Part shown: in pieces, positions 10,718 through 25,600 of the stretch
How positions within the stretch are numbered: position 1 is the stretch's first letter
Layout of the letters: each line of letters begins with the position of its first letter
Source: Azolla caroliniana
Taxonomy: Eukaryota > Plantae > Polypodiophyta
DNA length: 64,000 nt
Assembly: GCA_043228905.1 (NCBI GenBank)
Contig: JBHGNT010000011.1
Coordinates: 12,462,001-12,526,000 of the forward strand
Reading direction: 5' to 3'
Program-made: the position numbers and the translations under genes
The notes under the pieces: model-generated
What the model was told of the DNA's origin: nothing
The model's database searches: none
What the model saw: the letters and a program-made list of their open reading frames with translations, nothing else

Positions 10718-13588
10718 CTAAATAGTATTTCGCTCCACTACGTCTGGGCCCCTTGACCGAGTAACTGGTCTTGTTCCCGATCGTGGCCCCTTCTTCAGCC
10801 TTTTTTTGGTCGGTTGCCCATTTAGCCTTGCTTCTTTCACCCAATGCGCAAGTGTGTCCTCCTCTGACAACCTTCCCATCGCCTCAACAGCTAATTGCAC
10901 ATCAGCCGTTTCTTGCACTAGCTTTTCAAGTACAAAGGGATCAGTTTGGACATTTTCAGTACTTGGGCTCGGTTTAGTGGAATCAAGGTCTTGAGATTCG
11001 AAGAAATGTTGCATCAAGTGTTCATAAACACTATTGTTGTGAACCTCAGTTTTACATGTTGTTTCCACTATTTCATGGCATTTCACATCGTTGCCTAATT
11101 CAGTACACTGTTCCAAAAGAATAGGGTGGAGCTGATCTGAAGGAGATGTGATAGCAGGACTCTTACTTTCAGCCACGTTGGTAGCAGTATCCTCATCTGT
11201 TGCAGCGTCATCAACACCAGACACATCATGTGCCATCCTTAATCCACAAGATTCTACAATAACATGGCAGCTATTTAGGATAGCTAATTAGCTACTTTAC
11301 TCAACTATGGTAGTAGCTAGGATAGCTAATTAGCTACTTTACTCAACTATGGTAGTAGCTAGGATAGCTAATTAGCTACTTTACTCAACTATGGTAGTAG
11401 CTAGGATAGCTAATTAGCTACTTTACTAAGTATGGTAGTAGCTAGGATAGTTAATTAGCTACTAGGATAACTAATTAGCTAGTAGGATAGCTAATTAGCT
11501 ACTTTACACAACTATGGTACTAGTTAATTAGCTATGAGTAGCTAATTAGCTAGTAGCTAACTAGCTGCCAGTAGCTAATTAGCTGCCGGTAGGATAGCTA
11601 ATTAGCTAGTAGCTAACTAGCTGTCACTTAGCTAATTAACTACTGTAGTAAACTATGGCAGTAGCTAATTAGCTAATAGGATAGCTATTAGCTGCTTTAA
11701 TAAACTATGGTAGTAGCTAATTAGCTACAATGGTAGCAGCAAAATAGTTTCCATACTTTTTACGGCTTAGCTAATTAGAAAAGACTAAGCTTATTAGCTA
11801 CAGTATGGTATACCTGTTAGTTTTCTCCACTCATTTGGTAGAGTTGTACTGCAATCTCCCAAACAGAATGTAGCAATTCGACAGGCATGTTGAAAACAAA
11901 GCAGATGGTATGTGTGGTTGCATGGTTGTAGGTGAACCAACAAAGACGCAGTTTTGTCCTCCACACCTAACCCGCAAGCGATGCAACGTGCTTGAACTGT
12001 CAATAAATCATTTTCTGGTTCTCCTTCATTTGGTAAGGGAGCAAGAATGTTCAGGTCCAAATCCTGTCTGGTCCTTACCACTCCCTCCACAAAATGTAGC
12101 TGCTTCTTAAGGCAGCTAACTACCTCTTCTTGATGAATGTATTGTTCCTTCAACGCAACAGAGAAATTTACCGATTAATTATTCCTGTCTGAGAAAGATA
12201 CACCAACTTTGCTCAGGGATCGTTAACTTACTTGAAGCTTTTCCAAATTGTAATTTGCAACAGTATTTACACCTAGAAGCTTCAGGTTCATTGAAAGAAC
12301 TTGGATCTCTATTTGCAGTTGTATTTTACGTTGGGGATCCAGTGGCCCCTCTAATTCAAGCTCCTGTTGCGCAACCTATTCCAGATAATGCTTGATTAGC
12401 ACATTTTACCCTTACAGTTATTTATAACACAATCACATACCAGCAAAACAATAGTTACCTGAATCTTATTTCTAATCGTTGTAACATCGGAAGTAACTTT
12501 GCTCTCCATTGTAGAAGCCATTGTGGCTTTCTCTAAATCAGTCTTAAAAAATGCCAATGTCTCACAGGCTTCATGGACATTTTTTAGCATATAGCTAACC
12601 AATGTCTCACCTGTATCATCGACATTGGCTTTCCTTGGGTGTCGGTGTGGTGTATGCCCCCGGTTTTGCTGGGAGTCGGCAGTTGTATCAACAGCTGCCA
12701 TGCTCCAAAATCTGTCTATTTTTTGTGCCAAGGTCCCCATCTTTCGGCATCTTTTTACCGATGCCTCACCATAGACTGCCCAAGCTACCCTATACATTTT
12801 AGGGTCTCTAGATTCCTTCGTTGTTTTGCAGTACTCATATGCAAATGCTCTAGCAAATGAAACTGACAACTCATTGTTGATTGGGATCTCCTTATGAACT
12901 TTCTGGTGCAGCCTCATGCAGTCATCGTACAAGTCGGCTCGTACATGCTTCAGCTTGACCTTGCCTTTGACTCTAGGCACTGTATATACTGTCATCCAGT
13001 CTACATCACTGATCAATTTATCACTTAGGACAACAGGGTCAATACCCTCGAGTGACAGACCATAGGTGTTGTGGAAGTCCTCTTTTGTCTCGCAAAATTT
13101 TGCGAAGTTTAGCACTCTCGGATACGGAAGAACGAGCCATCTGAAATATCATTTCAGAAATCAGAAATAGTGCAAAATCAGAATATGTCAGAATCAAAAA
13201 CCCCAATCAACAACAACAGAAATAGTGCAAAATCTTTAACTTAGCAAATCAAAAACCCTAATCATAATTTGTATTCAGAAATTTGAAATCAGAAACCCTA
13301 ATCAAAATTTGTAATCAGAAGTTTGAAATCAGAAACCCTAATCAAAATCTGTAATTAGAAGTTTGTAACCAGAAACCCTATTCAGAAATTCTAATTAGAA
13401 ATTTATAATAAAAAACCCTAATCAGAAATTTCAATCACAAACCCTAATAAAAAATTCTAAACAGAAATTTGTAAACAAAAACCCTATTTAGAAATTCTAA
13501 TCAGAAATTCTAATCTGTCATCAAAATTTGTAACCACAAAAAAAGTAATATAAACACACCTACTGCTACTCCCCGATCTGCAAGACAT
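10718..13588 (-). CDS. Five-exon RING-H2 protein (~574 aa), transposon cargo, copy A; exons 13588-13560, 13140-12459, 12375-12232, 12147-11814, 11253-10718
   Basis: All introns are GT-AG with compatible phases; exon lengths 29/682/144/334/536 are identical to copy B; CIAC-x17-CNHTYHLLC-x10-CLGDC RING-H2 pattern. Confidence 0.75.
11268..11800. repeat. TAGCTAATTAGCTA array in RING-gene intron 4, copy A
   Basis: Palindrome repeats with CTTTACTCAACTATGG spacers. Confidence 0.95.
13190..13520. repeat. ~30-bp degenerate repeat carrying telo-box AAACCCTAA, RING-gene intron 1, copy A
   Basis: About 8 AAACCCTA(A/T) motifs in ATCAGAAACCCTAATCAGAAATTT-like units. Confidence 0.85.
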
Positions 13589-14067
13589 CCTTGTATTGGA
13601 CTCCAAGGACTTCGCCCTATTCGATTTTGGGGAAATATGAATCGGCACCAAAGTTCAGATAGTAGTCAAAAAGAAAAAACAAATGTTTGGGGTTTCTGTA
13701 ACTGAAACATACCTGGACGATGATCGAGCGGGTTCTGTGTTGTAGCTCTCAATCTGCAATGTCGATTTTCTACTGCTACGGGAGCTACGTCTGCGTTCGT
13801 GCTCTGAGTACTCCATCTGCGTTCAAAATCAAACTTAGGCTAAACAAGAAATTGATGACATTGAAGTCGACCTTAGATGATGGTGCTATTCCCCAAGTTC
13901 CACTACATCTGAAATAGAAGTTCAAATATTTGAGTTTTTTCATAAATTAGTTTTTCAAATATTTGATTTTCCCACAAAAAAGACTAGCTAAACAAATAGC
14001 TAATTAGCTATGGCCATTTTAGTAGCTAATTAGCTATAATGGTGTTTCCACTCGCATGCTTTTACCT

Positions 14068-14700
14068 TGATATCTCTTACAACATAACTCTATTTTATTC
14101 TATTGATATATATAATATAGTTCTTTTGATATTGATTGATTCCTTGATATCCTTGTGACTATACTCCCTTCTCCTTTTATAGGAAGGGGATGATTTTGCA
14201 TGTGGGCCATATGTCACACATGCAAAGAGGGCTCTTGCATGTATGCTATATGGTGCACATGTAGTACATTACATGGTTTAGACTATACAATACTACTTCA
14301 AATAAAGCAACACATTTTTTTTATACATGTAATGAGTGTTGGCTAAATGGTAGGCTTTGAGGTTCATAATGTGGAGGTTGTTGGTTCAAATCTTCTCTCG
14401 CACATGTAGTACATTATATGGTTTAGGATTTAAACCATACAATATTATTTCAAATAAAACAAGACATATAGTTTTATACCTACTATAGTTATAGGGTAAA
14501 ATTTAAATGGTAAGTTTTCAAAGTCATAAAGTGGGGGTTATTGGTTCAAGTCCTCTCTTGTCCATGTAATATAATATATATGTTTTATTTGCCTCTACAT
14601 ATAATGTATAATATTATCATAGTGTGTTTTTAATATTACCTTTATAAAACAATATCAAGATATATTTTATTTTAGTTACATATTTATCTTTTTATAGACT
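14068..14700. mobile_element. Decayed LTR-like fragment with two degenerate tRNA-like A/B-box segments
   Basis: TGGCTAAATGGTAGG...GGTTCAAATC at ~14340-14395 and a second copy at ~14500-14555; layout resembles the gypsy LTRs elsewhere in the window. Confidence 0.4.
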
Positions 14701-14802
14701 TTTAATGTGAAGATTTCATACTTCAGGACACCGTATTGCTCGACTAATAGCATTTGTAAGTGATTTTGGATCCTCGGGGAAGGTAAGAAATCCTTCACAT
14801 CA

Positions 14803-15410
14803 CTACGAAGTAAGTTCATCCCAAGGTATATCGCTTGCGATGAGATAGGAATTGGCTGCATATGTCGATGTTGGTTGATCACCTTGACATAGTGTACAAA
14901 TCTTGTTGATTGTTCTTGCTCCATCTGTATCTTTGAAGCAAACCTTAAATTCTTTGATAAACTCCTTGAAATTATCCAGTAGAGGAGAGTTTGTCTCTAG
15001 TAATGGAGCAAACCATGACAATGTCATGCCAGTCAATAAGGTGCCCACTAACTCGACTCGTGATGCATCTGTCGGATAACATGTGGGATGCATTTGAATT
15101 ACCAACCGCACATGATTCAAGAAACCTCGGAAATGCACCCTCGAACCATCAAATTTAGCTGGGAGGCTGATTTTGGGCTCCTTGATAATTCCTTGACCTT
15201 TGACCCTTTGTTGTTGTAAAACAACGATTGTCGATTCTAATTGTTGCACCCATCGTGTAAACTCATCTTATTGTTGTTGCTTCTCCATAGTAACCTTTTG
15301 TAGATCTCCAAGAAGACGTTGATTCTCTAATTCAAGAGATGCGAACTTGGATTAAGATTCTCCATTTCTGCAACGAGGGTGAGATATTCTTCTGAGTTGA
15401 TGGTGGCCAT
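14803..15410 (-). pseudogene. gag: Ty3/gypsy retrotransposon gag fragment
   Basis: EPKISLPAKFDGSRVHFRGFL...LLTGMTLSWF...QGDQPTSTYA retrotransposon-gag motifs; LTR-like purine-rich sequence follows at ~15470-15790. Confidence 0.75.
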
Positions 15411-15829
15411 GGTTTCGTGATGTTTATAGAGGAGGATAAAGGAGAGAGAGATAAATTCGAATCAAATTGTTAGAACCAAGAGAAAAGGGGGAGAAAAGAT
15501 AGAGTGAAAGAAGAAAGATATAAAGAGATCACAAGAAGAGAGGAATGAAATGATAAGAGAAGAATGAATGCATTAGATAGAATGAGAACGGATACAAGAT
15601 AGGTGATGAGAGCTTAAGACTGGTGTTGATTCGAATAGGTTTGAGAAGAATTGTATGTCTATATTTATAAGTTCCTATAGAATAGCCTAGAGATTTCTAT
15701 AATATTCTAGAATATTCAAGACCTAGAATATTCTAAGATTATCGAGGATATTCTAGAATGTTTTAGAATCTTCCGGAGTATTTACAATAATCAAACAAGA
15801 AGTACCTTTTATCATCTCATATGATCATA

Positions 15830-15897
15830 GGCTATCTTAATGGTTAGGTTCTTGATTATGCATTATAAGGTCTTGGGTTCAAGCCCAGGTGAAGCCA
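15830..15897 (+). other. tRNA-like/SINE-head remnant (not a functional tRNA)
   Basis: GGCT...AATGGTTAGG (A box)...GGGTTCAAGCCC (B box/T arm)...AGCCA; D and anticodon arms do not pair. Confidence 0.45.
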
Positions 15898-15929
15898 TGA
15901 TGTTTATGTATTCATGACACGAACATACT

Positions 15930-17850
15930 ATCCATTGAAAACCCACTCGAATTAGAAGTTCTTCTCACGACTGAGGAATCGAGCACATGGCTCTTGGATT
16001 CGGGTGTGTCCTACCTTGTGACCCCTCATAGATCTTAGTTTCGGCAATATTCGGCCCGACATAGTACGAGTCGGAAACTCGTAGCACTACGCTATCATCG
16101 ACTCGAGGACTGAAAGTGTTCAATGAGTTGGGTATGCACAAGATGGCAGGAAGGCCTATTGAAGTCCGAAGGGTAACTTTTTTCGAAGCGCCGACCCTTC
16201 ATGATGGACCACCCCAAAACACGAGGTTGGCTTTATGGGTAGCTGAAACCTCTAATACCGATTCGGTACAGCCGAATGATTCAGCTTTGAACCATCCGAC
16301 CCCGATACCTGATGTGACTAGTCCAGTCATACCTCGAAGATCCAAGAGACTATCGCAATCCCCAGAGAGGTATTCTCTTGGAGTATTCTTAACAGACGCC
16401 AACGAACCGACGTCATACGAAGAAACCTCGGCATTAGCCGATTTGGCCACATGGCATCTGGCGATGGAGTCGGAAATGAACTTCATTCGAGCAAACAAGA
16501 CTTGGCACTTGGCCGAACTACCGAAAAATCTAAGTGTTCTTCAATGCAAGTGGGTCTATAGATTAAAAGAGACGTCTGATTTGGACACCCCAAATTCAAG
16601 CCCAGACTGTTAGCAAAGGGTTTCCAACAGGAATATGGCGTCTACTTCAATGAAATCTTTTCAGTAGTGGTGAAAATGATCACCCTTCGATTCCTACTCG
16701 TCGTAGTGGTAGCCGAGGACTTGGAGCTGATTCAGCTAGATATAAAAACAACATTCCTCCATGGTGACCTTGAGGAGGAAATTTATATGGAGCAGCCAAA
16801 AAACTTTGTGGTATCCGGCCAGGAACATATAGTCTGCCGACTCAGGAAGACTCTTTACGGTCTGAAACAAGCACAACGCCAGTGGTATAAGAAGTTCGAC
16901 GATTTCATCCGATCGATCAGCTTCTCTAAGAGTGATGACGACCATTGCCTCTTCACAAAAACAGCTCAAGTTGGATCTCCCATCTTCCGCACCTTATATG
17001 TGGATGCTATGCTACTCTCTGGCAGGCATGCTGGAGAGGTTGCCAATCTTGTTCGGCAACTATGGTTGAAGTTCTCAATGAAGGACCTAGGACTTGCTCA
17101 ACACATTCTCAATAAGAAGATTACTCGGCTCCAACATCAACAACAATTATTCTTGTCTCAAACCGACTACATTAGACATGTCTTAGAGCACTTCAACATG
17201 CAATTGGCCAAATCTGCTGCAACCCTGCTCCCCATTAATCTTCGGTTGTCTCAGCAAGACTGCCCGACATCTAGTCCGGAGGGGGAAGTTATGAAGTCGA
17301 TACCGTATGCACCGGAAGTCAGCTCCTTGATGTACGTGATGGTCACAACATGACCTGATATTGCTCACATTGTAGGAGTCGCCAACAGATTTATGCACAA
17401 TCCTAGTCGATCGCATTGGAATGCAGTTAAGCATGTGTTCAGCTACCTCATGGTCACAAAAGGCTATGACGTCCTATTCGACCTGAATGATACATCTGGC
17501 GTAGTCGATTATACCGACTCTCACTTTGCTAGTTGTGTGGACAATCGAAAGTCAATAACAGGATATTGTTTCAAATTCGGCAATGGAGCAATCTCGTGGA
17601 AATCGAAACTTAAGGAGTGCACTGTCACATCAACAACAAAGGTCAAATACGTAGCCACGTCCAATGCGGCGAAAGAGGCTTTATGGCTCGAACGGCTAGC
17701 GTACATGTTTCGACAAGTTGACTCTGACTCAACTCCAAATGTCTACATGAACAGTCAGGGTACTGTTGCTCTATCGAAAAATTTGATTCATCACAATGCC
17801 TCCAAGCATATCGACGTTCAATATCACTTCGTTCGGGACTATGTCACATA
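15930..17850 (+). pseudogene. Decayed Ty1/copia pol (protease remnant, RT, RNase H)
   Basis: WLLDSG remnant; QLDIKTTFLHG, LYGLKQ, LYVDAML, ISWKSK, SKHIDVQYHFVRD. Confidence 0.85.
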
Positions 17851-19681
17851 ATACCGGCAACCACCGAATGTTGTTGTTCGGGTTGGTCCCCATACATTTG
17901 AATCTATTACATCCAAGATCCCTTTGCTCACGTTCCTCTCTTTCGGGAACGGTTGTCGGTGTTGTTTACTGAATTGGCAGGCTTCGCCCACACTTGTAAT
18001 CTCCTTCTTGATAAAGATCGGGAGTCCAGTGACGACTCCTTTCAACTGCATTCCGTTGAGCTTCTAGAGATTGATGTGACCTATCCTTTTGTGCCACAAC
18101 TCTATATCGGCGTTGGCTCCATGGCCCTTTGCAAACATTACCGATTTCATCTTGTGAGAATCGAGAATGAACATCCGACCTTCTCTTCAACCACGAGCCA
18201 TAATTCGGCTTTCCTTTTCTATGAAACATCCTCTATTGTTGAACCGAACTTGCATGCCATGTTCCACAATCTGGTCGACTGAGACAAAATTCTTTGTTAT
18301 TGTTGGAACACGCAAATTGTTCTTGATATAGGTGTGGTTGCCCTCTTCGCCGAATGGAACATTACCGACATGTTGAATAGGGTGAATCGTGTCATCCCCA
18401 GTTTCCACATAGTCGGGTCGTTTGGGCTTTCGTAGCTCTCGGAACCAATCTTTATGAGACGTCATGTGATTGTCTGCACCAAGTTGACAAACCATACATT
18501 TTCTGAATTGGAGGTGTTGGTCGGCCACGATGTCATCATCGAATTCGGTCTATGTTGCATCATGAACATTCCACCACGATCGTCATAGTCAGACTTTGAG
18601 GTGTAGTTGATGAGTTTTCGGCTTGTGAAGACCGACTCACTCTTCTTTTTGCGACACTCTACCTCGTAGTGGCCAAATTTGCCACAATATCCACACTAGA
18701 CGGAGTTGTTTTGTCGGCTAGGTCCAACATGATTGCTTTGCCTCACGCGTTTGAAACGTCTTGCCGGTAGTAGAAGTTGTGCTTTCATCATTGTTCTTGG
18801 TTGTGTCAGCCTTGGCCGAATCGGTCTCTTCTTCAAGGACCTTGCCCTCTCCGTCCGTCCAAACTCGTGTAGAGCATTTCTCCATCTGATCCATTGCCTC
18901 TTGTTCAGACGTGATTTTCTTCGACCAGTAGCATCAACTAGAGATCGACGAAGGAGGGAGGATTCTCCCTTGCGAGGACGCCTAACCTTATTGTGCCGAA
19001 CCGGGGTGCTAGGTCGCCAAAGCATATCTGCACCATTTCATCGTCGTTAATGTTAGCATTGATCAACCCGAGGGAGTCGCGCAACTCCTCGATCTTCAAG
19101 GTATAGTTGTCGATTGATATATCCCTTTGTTAGATATTGTTGAACTCTTGACAGTTTTGAAGTTTTTGTGTGGTTGTGTTGGCCGTGAATATCTTTTTGA
19201 GGTTCCCCCACGCCTCCTTCGGCGTTTTGACCTCTCTAATGTAGCTGAGCATGTGATCATGAACACCTGATGCAAGGCAATACAACACACAACTCGCCGC
19301 TTGCTCCCAAGCTGGATGGTCGGCATGTGCTGGGTTGGGTTGATTTTCTTGAGCTCCCATGACATAGCTCTAATAGCCTTGACTGACAAGATATTGATGC
19401 ATCTTGTACTCCCAAGATGCGACGTTGTTTCTATCAAGTTTTTCGGTAGGAAGAGCACTTCCTATTTGAGTGTTCATCTTGAAAAGACTTGTTTGGAGCT
19501 AGTTATAGTTTTCTTCTTCTATTTCTCTTTGATACTAACTGTGCATGTTGTTGCTACAACGATCTGCCGGTTCTTTGTGAACGTTGGTGTATACATAACA
19601 TGTGAGGATGGGCTTGGATCAAGCTATCAATCACTCTGATACCATGTAAAGAATCGGGAGTGATTCTGTGCAGTGGAAAAG

Positions 19682-19746
<65 letters not shown>

Positions 19747-20124
19747 TGTGTGAGAGAGAGAGAGAAAGAGAATACAATGTATACAAAAAATCAAAAACTG
19801 TATTAACAAGGAGCAATAATGAACCAACAATTACAAAGAGAAGGAGAAGGTGCTTATGTAGTCACCTTCTCTCTAAGTTCTCTCACTAGAACCGCCTCTT
19901 GGGAAAGAGGTGGAGTCTTTACTATTTATGGAATGTGTCATAGGACTTAAAGTTCTATGACACACTAGTTACTATATACTAGGAGGTGGGGTGTTCACGC
20001 GCTTGAGATACTACGGTGTGTTCCCACACTAGGGAAGTTGAGTTTGATTCTCAACAGGTCGATGGTCAAATCGACTATGGCCGAATTGGCTAGTAACAAC
20101 ACAAATAGAGTTACAACACTAACA
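17851..20124 (-). mobile_element. Decayed 5' part of Ty1/copia element (LTR 19645-20124, iMet PBS, gag, protease, start of integrase)
   Basis: PBS TGGTATCAGAG at 19634-19644; WEQAASCVLYCLAS gag and GADNHMTSHKDWF protease match the element at 62059; HHCC integrase remnant. Confidence 0.8.
19684..19763. repeat. (TG)n/(GA)n microsatellite in copia LTR
   Basis: Direct reading. Confidence 0.95.
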
Positions 20125-20679
20125 CTGTATATTCAATAAATATCTTTCTATTAAGCATGGATCTTACGATGAATATGCTCCCTTTATATAGGGGAAAACA
20201 TGGAAGTTACAATGCCATCCAATATACCATATGACATACCGTTTCGGTCTTAGAGGCTACAATGTCATCAGACACACTGTTTCATTTCTATTATCTATTC
20301 TACATATTTTGGTAATACATAATTCGGCCCTTTCATACTTATTTCCGGCTTTTGGCTTTAACTATAAACCCCTACGGGTAACACTTGATTCCAATCAAGG
20401 TGAACAACATTAGTTACAAAAGGATAAGTTAAGTTCCTATTATTTTCCTCTTGCCTCTTCCCTCTCTTAGTATTTAGTCTCTTGTCTTGGTTCTACTCTA
20501 TTCTACCCGTGTGTGACAATATGTAAGCATAGGGTATCATTGAGGCCAGATGGTTTGCATTAGCATCATGTTTGTGTTATTCACATTTACAATTAGTCCA
20601 CTACTTTGGCAAACTACTTCTAATGCTCCACGTAAACATTACATACCATCAACATCATATGAAAAGATAACTACATCAT

Positions 20680-21240
20680 TCCACATATAAAAGCAATAAA
20701 ACAACTTGTTGCATTTTTGGGCATCTAATCTGTCTTGTCTTGGAACCCTATTATTCACCACTTCTTCCAATTTATTAATGCATAAACCAAAGAGTGTAGG
20801 GGATAATGGATATCCTTGCTTAACCCCATGTTACTTAAAAAGTATTATGTGGAACCATTCTCAATTTTAGTTGGCATTTAACTTGCTCATATAATCGTGC
20901 AACAACAACTCAATACTCTAATGCTATGTTAATTTCCACCATTCTATTCCAAAGCTCACTTCATGATACTATATCAAATGCGTTTCTGAAATCAACAAAG
21001 CAACAATAGAGTATCTTTCCTTGTAATCTACTTTCTTCCATATTTACTTTTAATTTAACCAGATGATCTACTATGAAGTGTTTTGATCTAAGTGTTTGTT
21101 TGTTTTGACTTTCAGCCCATGCACTTACCTTTTGCTCCATGATAATGCTATACAATTTTACAATAGTTGAGCTCTCCATGATTATACGATAAATTGATAC
21201 TTGATTCTTATCTCCATCTTTAAAATTTGACTTAATCTGA
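20680..21240 (-). pseudogene. LINE reverse transcriptase fragment
   Basis: LYCCFVDFRNAFDIV and GVKQGYPLSPTLFGLCI motifs with stops. Confidence 0.75.
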
Positions 21241-21569
21241 TTAATGAGCTTGATCTATGATAGTCATGATCCATTGACGACTATTTGGCATTGCCATTTT
21301 AAGAGCTCACTTGTAATGAGAGTGACATTGGTTGCATTCCCATTAGTCCTCTTCTTTCTTCCCTTATTGATATCTTCGGGCAAGGCGAGTGAACAAGGCA
21401 TATGCTACATAAATGTGAAATTTAGGCTTTCTAAACTTATCACAAAATTCATGGTATACATCCTTGAAATGCTGGCACAATTGGAAGAGGAAAATCTCCA
21501 AGATGGGATATTAGCTACCATTTTGGAAGCGGAAAATGCATTGGCCAAACCTCAGAAGGTGCAAGTTAT

Positions 21570-22642
21570 ATGAATCTTAGCTTGCTAACTTGGAATATAC
21601 AAGGAATTGGTGGCACCTAATTCCAGATGAAAAAGAATGTATTGGCTGCTGAAATTCAATGTTGCACTGAGGCGGTGGTGCCTGATATTATCTTGGTGCA
21701 AGAGCACCATCTAAATGGGGATAAGATCGATAAAATCGGAAGCATTTGCCTTGGGAATTGGACCAATACATGGTCAACAGCTACGGGGGATAGGCATGAC
21801 TTATAGCTATGAAAGCTAAGTTTACTGTTGATTGTACAGGCAGGGGGAGTTTAATAGAGGGTCGTGTTGTCTACATAAGGATAAAACATAGTTGTGGACA
21901 CTTGGGCATACTAAACATATATGCCCCAACGGTTGAAAGACAATAATTCTGGTTGCAATTAGTGGCCAAGAAACTAGATACTGAGTTATGGATCATTGGA
22001 GGAGACTTTAATATGGTGGAGCATCTAGAAGATAGAAGAGGCAATGCAAATGGCACGGTACAGAGGACAGAGAAGGATGCATGGGATAAGTTTTGTTTAG
22101 CATATAATGTGATAGACTGTTGGAATGCACCTAACTTTCAAATGCAAAAAGAAAAATCTCTTCGATACTCTAGAGTAGGAAGAAGCGTGCATGGGAGGAC
22201 GATGTCCAGGCTGGACAAATGGTATTTGGACCCTCGACTCATGGATAGGAAAGGCAGATACATTATTTGTCCGGGTACAATGTTCTCTGATCATGCCCCA
22301 ATTTTGTTGCACATACAAGAAAACAATTGATGCAAGCCACATAATGTGAAGGTGTGCAAGGAATTGGTCATGGATACTAAATGGACCGATGATATACGGA
22401 AAATATGGTCTAATATCAAATGGAGGTACCTTGACCCTGCTCATAGGCTTGCTGGGAAACTTGAGGCATGTGCAGGGTTTTTTCAACAAAAAACGATTGA
22501 AATTAGAAAAGAGATCAGGGAGAAAATGCAGAGAATGCAATGGTCCCTCACTTCTATGCAACGACTAAGAGAAGTATACCCACATAATGTATGGATTGAG
22601 ACTCAACTAGACAAGGAATTTTTGCTCTGTCAAAGAACTTAA
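21570..22642 (+). pseudogene. LINE (L1-like) apurinic endonuclease fragment
   Basis: LLTWNIQG, ILVQEH, NIYAP, WIIGGDFN, SRLDKWY and SDHAPI motifs in order. Confidence 0.8.
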
Positions 22643-25600
22643 TGCGTCACTCAATATTCAAGCACATATTGAAGTTGAGTATCTCTTTTTTCGGGAATGT
22701 GTGTCCAAGAAGAAGCCCTTCATCGACAAAAACTTGATAGCTAACCTCTGAATACTATGACAAAAGGTCTTCCAATGAATCAATTCCAATCCCTTCACAC
22801 ACTAATGGGTGTGGAGTTGATTTTGACATAGCTATTGCAATGGTGTGCAACATACACATGAACCAAGTTGTCCACTTGTATTCATTTGTACTTTGGTTTT
22901 TTTCTTGAATATGCCCATTATGAAGGAGTGTTGAAATGTGAACTAGAGATAATGGCCATATACACTCTCATTGCACATGTTCAAACTTATAGTTTGGGAT
23001 AGACTATTTATGTAAATAGTCCAAAGGTGGGAGACCAACCAAAATATGGACTTATATGAGATAAGGGTTGAGCCCATGGCATGGGTGAGGAGCGGGCATT
23101 GGCATGGAAAAGGATCTACGTCGAAGAATTGTGAAGCACAAATGGAAGAATCAAAATCCACAACAATCTTGCATAGATGTGATGAGAAAATATTAGAGAA
23201 GTGTAAAATCAACTCATTATTCTTATCTTGTTTCCATTTGAGGGTACACTTTATTTAGAAAAAGAGTTGGGGAGTTTAATGTTTGTTGTAATGCTAGTCA
23301 ATATAAATTTTTATGTAGGTCATATTTAAAGGACCTAATTCAATGAGAAGATGACATTGTTAAGATATAACACTTCAAATAATCCTACTTGTGATGTATC
23401 GAAAGTCATTGAATGTGAACTAGACTACAACTTTATTTGGAGGACAAATTATGTTTTTCATCGTCAAATACTTCAATTTCAATATGAATTTGTTCTTGGT
23501 CTACAAACTTGCACATTTTCAATTTGAATTGTTGTAACTATATTAAACATAAACTTTTATACTTCTAAAAATTTGAAAACAACAAGTTGCAATTGAAAGA
23601 TTCTATGTTTATATATTATTGCCTATAAACTTCGTATTTGGTAGGTACTTTAATGGTGTTGGTTCTCACTACATGAATAGATTTTAAAATATTTGAATTG
23701 AACAATCAAAGTTACAATTGTATACATTAATGACTATACCATATTTGAATGTTGAGCTAGTTCTAATGCATAATACATGCTACATCTCTAATATCTTTAG
23801 CTTGCATATGACAAGCATATTGCAACTCTTGCCTTCATGCTCACATGTTATGTAGCTCAATACTTATCCACCAATGATGACACAAATTTTAGTTTGTGGT
23901 ATTTCCCCCCTTAAGGGGGCAATATATTCCTTGAACAAGCATTACATAGTAAAGTTCATGGTAAAATCCAAAGGGTTATCCAAATTGGTGTCTAGCACAT
24001 TGTTTTTGCTAAAATACATTCCTTGAATACCAATATCAAAATTAATTTCAACATTTTTACATTCTTATACATGTCGACGACACTTTCTCTAACCTATACC
24101 AAAATATGATTGATGATCTTTTCTAGTGCTTAACAACATGCCCGCTATTAGTTTTAGTTTATGGTTTGATGTCATATGAATCTTGCACATCCCAACATGC
24201 AAAAGTTTGCAATATTTGCAAAAATAGGAAACTCAAGCACTTGTTTCTAGAATTTGGGATATTCTAGATCACATATAGTAATCATTATGCAATTTTCCAT
24301 TTGTCCCAATGGTAAGCACTCTTAGAACCCACTTGCTACTGGAAATGGGTGAGTGTCCTTCTCTTTTGGACATCTTGTAGCCTATATACCTTGTCGAATA
24401 GATCCCCTATGGAAACACTTTACAAAACTCCAAGTGGTTAGCAAAATCAAGATTTATAAAGATCATATTGCTTACAAAAATCTCAATTGCCAATCTACAC
24501 ATTTTTATAAACATATTAAAATATTCATAGCATTAAAACATTTGAGCTCATTCCACCATCGACAATATCCACTCAACTCCTATTAATGCCAAATCTCAGG
24601 TTATGATGGAATTGGTCAGCCCAATAATTCTTTGGATTCTATGGAAATATCAATTTAGATAGGTCTTCTCCAACCAAACTGTGTATCCAGTAACGTTAAT
24701 GCAAGAGATATGGAGTGAAGTTGTAGCTACTCTAATTAACTAATACGATGGCCTCATTGGCGGATCCGATGGAGCTGAAAGACAATGACTAGTCTTCATC
24801 CAACAATGGTAGTCATCTCCCTTTCTTGAGTCAGTGGGCATCCACATAAGATGGAATTATTGTGTCCCTATAGGGATTTGTATATAACAATCTCATCTGT
24901 AAAATTTTATATTGGAAAAAAAAAAACATTTGAGCTCATACTTATAGTATAGTTAAATGAAACTTGAAATGTAGCATAATCAAAAGATTGCATTCAAGTG
25001 ACATTGAAATAGAAAAAATGTAAAACATTGAATATAACTAGGGATGACATTTAAAGTTATGAAATAATCAAGTAATTTCACTTCAAAGCATGTAATTAAT
25101 TATACACAAGGTTCTTCTTTTCCTCCCTCTTTCCTGGCCATCACAATAGGTAATGCAAAGAATCCCTTAAGATTCAAATATTAGGCTTAGATGACTAACA
25201 TTCCAAACTTACCAATCGTTGTTGCAACACTAAAAAGGATAATATATGTATCCTCTAATACAAAAAAACTAACTTTTCCAAATATATATACAAAATAATT
25301 ATATGTTTCTTCAAAATTTTCTCTTATTAACATGTTTACCTTGCATGCGTGCATAGAAACAAACATCTTATTTGATAAAACTAAGCAATTTCATTCAAAA
25401 TCATGCAAATAAGCAAGTTTGTAGTTTTTACTTACCTGATAAAAGGCATTTAAGTATCAGACAAGAAGTTAAAGCTTTGAAAGAAAACCAATTCACCATT
25501 GGTACTTGAAGGATGACTCTCTTCTCTTACCATCTTCATGCATGTTTGCACATGTGTTCAAGAAACTTATGTCTACTTACTAGACCAATGAACACATACT

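Larger units (their letters stand above)
4070..14067 (+). mobile_element. Sola2-like giant DNA transposon, copy A (left end lost, decayed)
   Basis: Colinear with copy B over its whole length; right TIR TGTTTCCACTCGCATGCTTTTACC(T) at 14043-14067; begins inside the 83-bp subterminal array. Confidence 0.85.
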